Shown here: positions 12,201 to 24,200 of the stretch, piece by piece
Layout: each line of letters opens with the position of its first letter
How positions within the stretch are numbered: position 1 is the first letter of the stretch
NCBI GenBank assembly: GCA_013265495.1
Contig: MU057990.1
Span: forward strand, 62,001-101,289
Length of the DNA stretch: 39,289 nt
Direction of reading: 5' to 3'
Source: Vicugna vicugna
Lineage: Eukaryota
Notes under the pieces: generated by a model
Told to the model about the DNA's origin: nothing
The model's database searches: none
What the model saw: the letters and a program-made list of their open reading frames with translations, nothing else
Translations under genes and position numbers: made by a program

Positions 12201-15200
12201 GACTTCTTAAGCATATTCAAAGCAGTTTTATTTTTCACTTTGCTGAAACTGTAGTTATGCATGTTATAATTTATCTTTCGTCTCCCCAGCGCCAAGTAGA
12301 TGGTGAAGAGAAAAAAGCTGAGTCCCCTCCCTGCATGGTAGCCATTGGTGATGTGCAGAGATCAGCAGCTCTCTTTCTCAAAACAGTAGTCTGTATTTCA
12401 GCGATGGTGTAACAAAACAAAAGGATTGCAGAATTGTCATAAATGTAAGCTGTCTTGATAACAGGCCATATTTTCCCCTCTTGTTTTTTAGCCTCCACGA
12501 ACATCTCATCCTGTTGTGAGGTTCTCCTGTGTAGATTGTGAGCCAATGGTAATAGACAAACTTCCCTTTGACAAATATGAGCTTGAACCATCACCCTTAA
12601 CTCAGTACATCCTGGAACGAAAGTCTCCCCATACCTGCTGGCAGGTACTTATTCTTTCTTGTGAGCCGAATGTCTGTAACCACTCTGAGATCTGGGAATT
12701 GTTTTAAGTTTCAAAGGTTAATCTGGGAATAGTTGGGCTGAGTCTGTTAATATTGTTTCTCGCAAGTGCTATCAAATAAGCAACAAGGCCAAAAAAATAA
12801 TTTCAGACTGATATGAATCACTAGCCTACTGTACGTTGCCAGTATAATATGATGAAACCTATGTATCTGAGGATTTGGAGGACTCCCCTGAAGCCTATCC
12901 AAGGACGCCAGATTAAGAATCCCTAACCTCTAAAGGATGTAATTCTTCTATTCAGCTGTGGCTTCTACAGCTGAAACAATGTTCTCAGCCCTTATTATGA
13001 ACTTGACAGATTGGAAGTACAAGATATTTTTTTCTTTCTTTTCTTTTTCTGTTTTTCCTTTTTCAGTTTTATTAGGTATAATTATTTCAGTTTGACTGCA
13101 TATATACATTATATTGCATGTAAATACATATATACAGTATATTGCACATTTTTAAAGTTTACATATATGTACTGATCATTGTTTGTAAGAACAGATTAGA
13201 GCTTTAGCTTTTTAAACTTACATGGTTATCAAAGGAATAAAGCCAACCACAAAATAAGAATCAACAGAATGTGGTAATCCAATCATAAAGGACAGTCAAA
13301 TGGAAGTATAAGATATTTTTGACAAAAAACCATAAGCCTGAAACTACTTTCTGTATTAGTGTAATGTAGTCAGACTCTCCTTTCTGTAGTACAAACCACA
13401 TTGGTGTGTGTAGTGTGGATTTTACTTGGATGAGGCAAATACCCAGGCAAATGCAGACACACTGGCTTTCTGAGTGTTATCCTTCAGCCAGAAGGGCTCG
13501 CTGATTTTTTAATAGACTCACCTTTGGATTTTAATTCATAAAAATCCAGACGTGGCAGTGGCAGTCACGGCATTTTTATTTGGATATAATAAGGAAGTCC
13601 TACACTGTAAGGATGTTTGTTCTGTTTCTAAACTACAGCACCATATAGCAATCAGTAATTATTAGGTTCTACTTATGCAATGAACACTTTCAGACTGCTG
13701 ACTGTTTCATCTGAAAATGGGAAATCATTGCTACTAGTTGTCTTTAAGCTACTTGAATTCTCAAAAAAATTGAGTAGAGAAAAAAAGGAACAAGCATAAA
13801 GCAAGGATGTAAAAATGCAAGAAACAGAATTATCTCATAAATATAATATGGAGCAAAATAAGCCAGGTATAACAGATTACATATCATATGATTTGACTTT
13901 ATATACATTCACAAAGAATTAAAACTGCCTTACTCTGTTAGGGGTCAGGATAACGGTTTCTCTTGGGGGTGCAGCATCCTGACCAGAAAAAGACAAGAGG
14001 GGGTTTCTGGTTAGGTTCTATTTCTTGATCTGGGTGCTGATGACATCTGTGCATTCATTTTTTGAACATTCTTTGAGCTGAATACTTATAATTCATGCAC
14101 TTTTTTGAATGTATGTTTATATTTCAATGAAATACACCAAAAATGTACTAGAAATGTAGAGATATGGATAATAGAATGCTAACTTAAAATCAAGACAGGA
14201 GGCTTGAATTTTTGAATTGAAAAACATTTTGCAATAAAAGCATATCAAATTACAAATTATGCTTTTTCCCTAAAATAAGCCCTCTTTTCTATATAGCACA
14301 TTCCTTGTAAATCTTCTCCAAAGGAACTTAAGAAATCCTGTCCTCACTCCCTATACCACTCCTCAAATATGCCATATGCCTTTCTCCTGCACCTTATGTT
14401 ACTATGGTTTAGAGTAGTTTAATGCGATGAATTAGTGGGAGTGAAAAAGAGTAAGATGAACCAGGAGCCAGGAAATTTGGCAAAATCATAATAGAGACTG
14501 GATTCTAACCCTAGCTCTGCCACCCACTATGTGGTCTTGGACCAGACACTTTCTCTGGATTAGATGTTCTCTAATGATCCCTTAGAACCCCCAAATTCTA
14601 TGACACTGCAGATGAAAAGGAATTTGGAAAAGTTCAATGGGTTTATAGAAGGAAGGAAGGAAGGCATGAAGGTAGGAACAGAGGGAAGAAAGAGAAAGGG
14701 AGTGAGAGAGGAACAAAAAAACAGTACCTTTCCTTTCATGGGAATTACAGCTCTGATCCTTGCCAGCTGTAACTTTTTTATCCTTTATGATCATTTTTTC
14801 TCCTTTTCTATTATACACGCATAGGAAATAGGGGGAAATCCAGCATGTTTTACTACGATTATCTGTTTCCACTAAGGTTCCAATTAAGGCATGAAATCGA
14901 GTAGATGAGTCATGTTTTAGCACAACTCGTTTTGTGGAGTCATAGATTACATAGGAAAGATTTAGTCTTAGCTATAGCTAAGTAGAGCAAGAATTTAATG
15001 AACTGGTAAGTTACATTGCTGGTACTAAGAATTAGCAAAATAAGTGGATTCTGTTCACCACCAAGGTTTGACTTTTGTCTTAAATGATCCTGCTGAAAGA
15101 CTTTGGAAAAGGTAAAGGTCTGGGTCCCTAAAGACACAGGCTGGTGTCCTGACTTGGGCCAAAGAGTGAACATGGGACACAGAGAAAACATGGTAGCTAA

Positions 15201-18200
15201 AGGACTCCAGAATAGCATATCAAGTGTATGAGACCATATAATATAATATAATATAATATAATATAATATAATATAATATATATGTATATATATATATAAA
15301 AATCAGAAATATCAATAAGGAATAAGATGTTTTTATTTTTTATTGAATGTTTCCTCTACCAGGGTCATTTACAAGAGAAAATGCCTTCCAGATGGAAGCA
15401 AAGCATCTCCTTGCTCAGTATAATTGCCTCAAAATAATTAGCACCAGTGCCTGGCTTATAATAGGCTCCTCAATAAATATTTATTGGATGAAAAATGAAT
15501 AAATGGATAGAGAAATGGGGCATCAAAGGGAAGTAGAGCAAGACTTAATAGTAGTGCACATGAGGAATGTTAGCATAACCCTTTAAATGGGCTTTGTTTT
15601 TATAATTGCATGCTTTAGGCGTGGAGCCATGTTCCATTTTCCTAAAAGTCTCCTCTCTGGTCACCACTTGTTCTTTTGAGAATTCATTTTGTTTTAATGG
15701 CTGGTATCACTTAGTGGTATTTCAGCCTTATTTTCCATTGTGCTAACAAAGTAAATATTTGGGTACTGTCGATGCAGCCTGTGGTCTCTGAATGTTTACT
15801 TCACAATACAGCTTCATTACTTAACACAATTTATGAACATTCTTATTTAGTATGATACATTTTGACATAACCATAGTGAAAGCACTATTCCCATTTTTAA
15901 ATTATAATCAAATTGTGCCATTGATGTGCGTATGGAATGTTGCTGTGTTTGGTTTTACATAAAATCCTTATTGTCACAACTGTGCATTACTTCATGGTCT
16001 TCTCAGGTATTTGTTACTAGCAGTGGAAAATACAATGAACTTGGATATCCATTTGGTTATTTAAAAGCCAGTACGACTTTAACTTGTGTAAACCTCTTTG
16101 TGATGCCGTACAACTACCCAGTTTTACTTCCTCTTTTAGGTAAGTAAAGCATGCGCCATTTAATCATCTTAAAAATAGAACAAAAAAGAAAAATAAACGA
16201 CGAATGACGCATTTTCAGTACAAAGAGTAACGGATATCGGGATATATAAAAGTCTAAAAGCTGAATGGGGAGGATAGAATTTGCATACTGTTTTCTGTTT
16301 TGTTCATTTTCCTTTTGTTGTTTTTACATCAAACAGAAGAGACTCTTAACCTCTGGGGCGTGATTCTTAGGCTGCCATCACCCCTCTTCTACCTAGTTTT
16401 AAGCACACTTGGCTTTTGGTAGAGGAGTTTGGGCCAAAAAAAAAAAAATACCGTTGATTGGGGTTAACCCTTAAAGAATCTGATGATTTCCTTCAGAAAA
16501 TAGGGTTTCTGTGGGGCTATTGTCTTGCACTATGTTCTTCCACAAAAGAATGTTAAATGCTCTTGAAGCATCTGTTTTAGGCAGGGTAGCAAGAAGAGCA
16601 AATAGGTACAAGAGTGAATTCTGCAGTAACTGCAGTTGTAGAAGCTGTGGTTTCCATGGCAAAATTCTAAAAGAAACAACTCCAGAAGCTGTAACTCAGA
16701 CATCACTGAAAATGTGTGTAGAGATTTTTTTTTCTCATTTAAAGAGCCACATCTGTTTAGAGTAATATATTGCCACATGGTCTCCTTCTAGTTGTAAAGT
16801 TGTGAACATTTTTCGTTGGTGGGATTTCTTAATTTTTGATAAAATGATCAAATCTTTGCTAAGTTTTAACATAGACATTAAAAGCATAAGATTTTTAGTG
16901 CTATAAATACTATATGTATTAAATGTACTGAAAAAGCAATTCTTTTAAATGTTGTAAGTTAGAAAGTGTAAAAGTGGGTCATCATAAATATATTAGCATG
17001 ATTGTTTTGCATAGCCTATCTAATTTATTTCTTAGTCCAATCTAAAAATATAGTCACTGATACAGAATATAGGTTATGTCTTTGAGATTAATAAGACTAC
17101 CAATAAAAAATTATTTTGTGGATTTATTTACCCCATTTTCTTAAATATACCTTTATAACCTAAAGTTTTCACTATAAAGTGAAGGTTTATACTTCACTTA
17201 GACTGTTAATAGTATTATTTTTCAACTACACTTTTTATTTTGAGATAATTATAGATTCACATGCTGTTATAAGGAATAATAAGAGAGAGGTGGTACCAAA
17301 AGCACAGACAACAGAAGTGAAAATAAACACACGGGACTACATCAAACTTAAAGATTTTTGTGCATCAAAGGATACAATGCAGAGTGAAAGGCATCCTATG
17401 GAATGGGGAAAATTTTGCAGATCATATTATCTGGTCATTTTGGGGGGGTCTATTTTCTGTTGTTCAGATTGGGTGATTTCTATGGTTCTGTTTTCCAGTT
17501 CACTGATGATTTCCTCTGGCCCTTCCCTCCATTCTGCTTTTGAGCTATTTATTTTGGTTACTGTATTTTTCAGTTTTAAGATTTCCATTTGCTCCTTCTT
17601 TGTATCTTCTGCTTCTTAATTTCTCTTTCTTTGCTGAGGCTTTCTCTTTTTTCATTTGTTTCAAGCCTGTTTATAATTGTTTGTTGAAATATTTTTTATG
17701 ATGGCTCCTTTTAAACCTTTATTGGATATTTTTAACATTGCTATCATTTCAGTGTTGGCATCTCTTGATTGTCTTTTTGAATTTGTTTTGAGGGCTTCCT
17801 GGTTCTTGGAATGCTGAGAGATTTTCAATTGAAACATGTACATTTTCAGTATTATGTTATGAGTCTCTGGATCTTATTTAAACCTTCTGTTTTAGCTTGC
17901 TTCCTTTCACACTCCTCTGGCTGACTCCCCAGTACTATGTAAGGTCAAATCCTGGCACTGTCTTTCTGGTCACCTCTTAGTCTGTATTACTCTAGTCCCC
18001 AAATGCCAAGTTCCTTTCTCTCTGAAATGTCTTCTGTCGCCAGAGAAACATGTGTGGCATTTGTTCCTGGTCCTCCTTAACCTACAACACTGAGAATGCA
18101 ACCCAGCCTAGAGCATCACTAGCCCTTTGCAAACATCCTGAACCAGAAACCCCAGAGATATCCTTTATTCCTCCCCCTTTTCTAACCCCATACATCCACT

Positions 18201-21200
18201 TGAGGACCATCCCATACTTGACCCAGTTCACCTTCTACTCTTTGGCTTCAAATATCCATGTCTAGGCTTTTCTATAACCCATGTCTTCCAAGGACCATAG
18301 GGTTTCACACCCTTTGAGACCAGAGGTCCTTGGGCCCCTGAATCCTGTGAATCGAAATGAAATCGACATAAATTGGCATGAAACTCTCAATATTTCCACC
18401 ATTGCCTCACTTTCTGGATTGTGTAGCCTCATAGTGAGTAGGAGTATGGACTATAGGGCCTAGCTGCCCTGATAGAAATCCTAGTTCTGCTGTTTGCTAG
18501 CTTTGTGACCTTGGAAAAAATACTTAACCTCGCTGTGCCTCAGCTCTTTCATCTGTAAAGTGGGGATAATGGTAGTACCTACCTCAAAAGGATTTAGTTG
18601 GGATTAAATTAATTAATACAGTTAAATTGCATAGGAATCTCCTAGCAAACAGTAAGTGCTCAATAATGCTCTCAGTATTATTATTATTATTACTATTGTC
18701 ATTATTAATATCTATGTTATCTTAATAGGTCTTGAAGGCACTGCAATTTCATACTAAGGATATAATATAAAGATATAGGACAGTTTTGCAGTTTTAACAG
18801 GCAGGGCATTTAGTAAAAAGTCAAGTTAAATAACATATACTTTATAATCTCTGGAACATCACTATAGTACTGCATTGTACAATAACTGTCCATAAAGGTG
18901 AGCCCTGTTTCTTCTTTATTAATTCAAAATTTCCGTCAAAAGTAGTTAACAGATTTCTATTTCCTAAAAGTCTGGGTCAGCTTGTGAAAAGTTGTTAGAC
19001 AATATGCTAAGTGTGAAATGTCAACCATCACTCTAAACTTTCCCTGTTCAGAGCATCACATGAAGACTTCATTGGGTTTTATAGTGGCTTTCTGATTTTG
19101 ATAGTCTATTGAAAAAGGAAGTTTGTTAAAAATTGTCTGCTCATGGCCTGCCTGAAATACCATGACTGTTTATGAAGTGTCTTTAATAAAGCCAGATACA
19201 GTTTGGTTTGAAAAAAATTATTTAATTTTAATTATTTAAGCACTAGAGGGGGAGGGTATAGTTCAGTGGTAGAGAGCATGCCTAGCATGCATGAGGCTGT
19301 GGGTTCGATCCCTGGTACCTCCACCAAAAGTAATAAATAAATAGATAAACCTAATTACCTACACCCCCCAAAATTAATTATTTAAGCACTAAAATTTACC
19401 TGGGGTGGATAAGTGACATTTAATTGCATCAATGAGCTACCATAACAATCATGTCACTAGGGTGGTAACCAGATTATTGCAGTTAGCAGGATTATCTCTC
19501 AAGCAGGAAATTAGGAAATTATTATTTTTTTCTATCAAGGGTCAATAACTACACAAATTAAGGCATTTGAAGCAACTTTTCTTTTTTTAAAAACATGCCA
19601 CCTTCAATCACCTTTTTTTAAAATTAGGAACTAGGGATTTGTGTAAGGAATAAAGTTCAGCTCCATATTAAGACCAGTTATTATCAAGAGGAGGAAAAGA
19701 GAATAATCAAAAGAGAATAATTTGATGTGTATTAATCGCTGTATATCTGGTACTTCACAATTTACACCATTTATAAATTTTATATAATGTTTTCATTGCA
19801 TGATCTAGTTCCTCAGAACAATCCTGCGTGGTAAGGCAATTATCATTAAACTCATTTTATAGATGAAGGCACAGAAAAGGTGAAGTAATTTCTCAAAGCT
19901 CACTGAGCTAAGTACATAGCATGTGGCTGAGCTTAGATTCAAACCCCTGCCGTCCTCCTTTTTGAAGCAGGAAGTGGGCAGAAAGGAACCAGAAGAGAAA
20001 ATACCTGTAGTTTTTGAGGTGTTGGCAGTGTTATTTTACCCTCATTCCACACTCTCATCTCCTTGTCTTTCAGATGTGGATGAGCTAATTATTTATGATG
20101 TCTTTACTGTACCATCCTAGAAACTCCATGTGAATGGAAATCTAATATCATAGAAATCATTCTCTGAGCTACAGAGATAGTGGCTAAAGCAGTGTCACCC
20201 TAACTGCTCTCTACCCTTAATCTAGACTGTGGAAGGTTTTCTTTCTTCCTCTCACCCCCGTTAAAAAAATAAATCTGAGAAGAAATTAATTAGACTAAAT
20301 TGGCTCCTGGGTGGAATCATTGCAATTGGTATTGTTAGAAATATTACGACTATTATTAACTCTCATTAGATAACCTATTTATATCTAAATGTCTCTTCAG
20401 TCTTGTGGTATTTAAATTTGTCAGTTAGTTTCCAAAATCTGCCTAATTCCTCACAGACTTCACGCAAAGACACGGTATAACAGGATATTTCCACGGTCTC
20501 TCATTCCTTTCTGTCAAGATATGAATGGTCTTTAAAGGACCTGCAGGCTATAATGAGCCAGAAATCTCTTCAGATCTTTTTCTCTTTGTTCCTTCTACTC
20601 TGTAATAAAAGAACAAAAGACCTACATTTTATGACTTTGTAAATTCATTTAAATTAGTTTCAGTAGGAGTGAATAATTTATTATAGCTGTAAAAGGAAGA
20701 AAATATGTGGTTGTCTTTCTTAAGTAATTCAGAATTTCAAAGAATAGCCCTATTTCTAGAGAAATTATGCATATGGCATAGGAATGGTTTTGTCCCTGGA
20801 AGTACAGCATTTGTTTTTTGGATAATAGCCAATGAAACCTGAAGAAACAATATAGAGGATGAATTTATAATATCTTTGATATTTATAGTAAGTGTGACAG
20901 GTTCATGTTGATGTCTGGGGACCACCAACCTGTTCTCTGTATCTATGAGTTAGTTTTGTTGTTGTTTTAACATTCTCTATTTAGATAAAAGAAATATTCC
21001 ATCAACCAGGGGCCATGGATTCCGCCTCAGGTGAAAATTACTACACTAAAGTTACCAGTATGTAGGAGGTCAGAAAAATATTTCACATAGATCAGAGTTA
21101 GTATTTTAATATTATATTTTATGTAGCTTCACAAATGGAAGGTGAATGTGTTCCTTGAGAATTTATTTCATTTTATAGAAAACTACTGTATACAATTTTG

Positions 21201-24200
21201 GTACATAGTACGAGAAAAGATAATCAAATAAACTCTGATGAAAGGTTCATCTAATGTAATAGAAACTAGAAATTTCTAGGAATTTATAAAATAGATGTGG
21301 GTTGCTTGATTTAAAGCTTGGAATTTAGGACTGGAATAATGTAATATTTTATTGGATTTTCTCTTGCAGATGACTTGTTTAAAGTTCACAAGCTTAAGCC
21401 AAATCTGAAGTGGCGACAGGCTTTTGACAGCTACTTAAAAACTCTGCCTCCATACTACTTATTAGTATGTATTTATGTGTATATATTATTAACTGTATCA
21501 GTGATGATTCTTATCACAAGAAATTTCAATGAACCAAGACTTTTACCCCTGAAATAAGATAGTTTTTTTAAAATTTATAAATCTGGGTCGCCATTGTCTT
21601 CTCAAATTATGTGTAATAGCTTGGAGATGTCATGGCGGCACAAAAGAGCTGTTTATTTTCTTTAACTGCCATGGTTATTGTTATAAAACACATCTATGTT
21701 TCTCTTATAAAAACTAACCTTATGAAATTGTAATTTTGGAATTTAAGAAAAATAGGTCTGGATTCATGTATTTTATCAACTTCCCTTTTTAACTCTAGAA
21801 ATTCTCAATATGGGTTTTTTCTCTGGGGGAAAAAAATCTGAAGACATTATATTTATTTATTGCCTGTTAAATGTGTCCTAGACACAGCATGACACAGGAG
21901 CATTGGTTGGGGGGATCCAAAAAGAGTAAAAAATTACTTGGCATCATTTGGATGTTTACAATTTGAGAAAAATATTCATGATTATTTTGAACTGGTCATA
22001 TAATCTAAATCAAGATTATCAAAATCATTTCAGAGGTGGATGTGGCAAACTTTAAGCCAAGTTTCTAGAGGTGAAAAGGCAGAATTTTAAGTAGTACCAT
22101 TGGTGTCACTGGGAGGAGAAATTGGGGTGTGTTACTATTTACCATGGCAGGAATGGGGTGCACGATAAAATGCAATGTGAAATGATTGTATAACTTGGGA
22201 ATTAAGCTGAAAGCAATTTACCTGTTTGAATTTGCTGTTACTTGCTCTTCTTATCCCACTCTCTTCTGATTTTTTTACTTTCTGCTCCTTACTTCTCTGC
22301 TATTTTCATTGCCACTTTTTAATGTTCCATGTTTGGTTTTATGTGCAGCACCTTGACTTCTAAGAAATGAATCATGTCCCTTTGCCCCTTATAACTGAAC
22401 TTTGAGTATTTTAAGATTTATTCTATTCTTACTGTTGTGTATTTTGTTTCCTTATAGCCATTAAAGAAAGCACTAAGGATGATGGGAGCTCCAAATCTGA
22501 TATCAGATAATTTAGATTGTGGACTTAGTTACAGTGTTATCTCTTACCTTAAAAAACTCAGCCAACAGGTAGTATTGGTAAAAACAAACAAACAAAAATC
22601 CTTTGCCCTCAGAAGTGCATTTCCTTATTCTTTAGTGTAATTGTAATTTTCAAATTAAATGTGTATATATTTCTACACTTTATGGATTAGTAATAATGTG
22701 ATTCTCTATGGCTTCTAGCTTCACCATTTAACTGCAGTTAAGGGTCTGTCAGTATCATTTGATGCTGTGCCATTTCTCCTTTTGCTTGCCAGTTTGTTCT
22801 ACCCAACAAGCTGGTTGATATTTTGTGGCCTAAGAGGGGCAGAGGCTTAATAGAATTATCTCATGGGTCACATTTTGTCTATCCTCAACCTAGTTTCTCC
22901 TCAGATCACATTGGGCTAGAGCATCCCCCTTTTTTAGGTCAGCACCCTGAGGCGTGCTGTGATTAAATGACTTGCCTGAAATTAGTTTTTAGGCAATAAA
23001 TACCAGTCTGCTTTTTCTTGGAGTGGAGGCGGTGAGACCAGTGTTCCTCACACAGGAGGGTGACAAGCCCTCCGTCTGTTCCTTTGCACCCCCACCTCAT
23101 TTACCATTATTCACCTTGTCCCTTGCCTGCCCCTCTCTATTAGTACCTCATCCTCCACTCACCCCTACTTATCATACTTCTCACCTCTACCAAGCCCATT
23201 CTTGCAGGGTGAAAATGTTTGAGAACTACTGAGTTAGAGTTTTACCGCCATACAAATGTGTTATGTTATATGACAAATGAATGCAGCACTCTCAGTTTCT
23301 TCTTATGCACAAATGTATTCCCAGGTAGGGAATAGTAGTAGCATGTGCAGTGACAATAATGCTTCAAGTTGGAGATGTTTCAAAGTTGGGCCTTTAGAAA
23401 ACAGAGAGTAGTAAGCAAAAAAGTCTCAGATTTCTGACACTAAAGAACCAAAGTGACTCCACAATTTGGGATGCTGACATACCTGGCTAGGAACTGCAAC
23501 AACTTAAGTATGGTCTGGAGTTTACCAGCTCCTACTAGTCCAGTGTGCTCATAAATGCAAAAGAATGTAAAGGCAAACCCAGATTTTCTAATCTACCAAG
23601 TGTCCCCTTAATCCCTTTTCCTCTCTGCTAATAGATTTTTGTTGTTGTTGGTAATGTTTTGTTTTGGTTATTTATTTATTGATCTATTGATTTATATTTT
23701 TTATTTGATGTTTACCTTAGGCCTTTAAGGCTGTGTCAGCAGGGTATGGCCAGAAGGAAGAATAGTGAACAGAGTTGAAACTCATGCAAGTTTTGGGACC
23801 TTCTGAGACATATTGTTTGTACAGTTTCATAAATGAGCTTTCAAGACCATTTATGGAAATAGACCCTTCATTTGGTCTTATCCCTTATTTCATGACTTAT
23901 TTTTAAAAAAAGATAATACACATACTTAATTCCAATAATTAGGGAAAATTAATGAATATCTCTGACCAAACCACAAGAAATCCAAAATTATTTTGTGCTT
24001 ACTGAACCATTGGTGGAATTCCATCTTTTAGAGAAAAAGATCATTACTAATTTATACTAGCTCTAATTACTAATTTAATTACTAATTTAATAACTCTATG
24101 TCACCAGTGTTCTTTGAACATCTCAGATGTATGTAAATCACAATATATGCCCAATATATTGCTACCATACACTCTCCAGCAATATTTATCAATATGGTAT

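Noticed and set aside
13032..13300. C/D box snoRNA retrocopy
   Set aside because: The box C-like ATGATT is imperfect and CTGA lies outside the 8-bp terminal stem.
24064..24092. Short taattactaatt tandem duplication
   Set aside because: Ordinary AT-rich slippage repeat.
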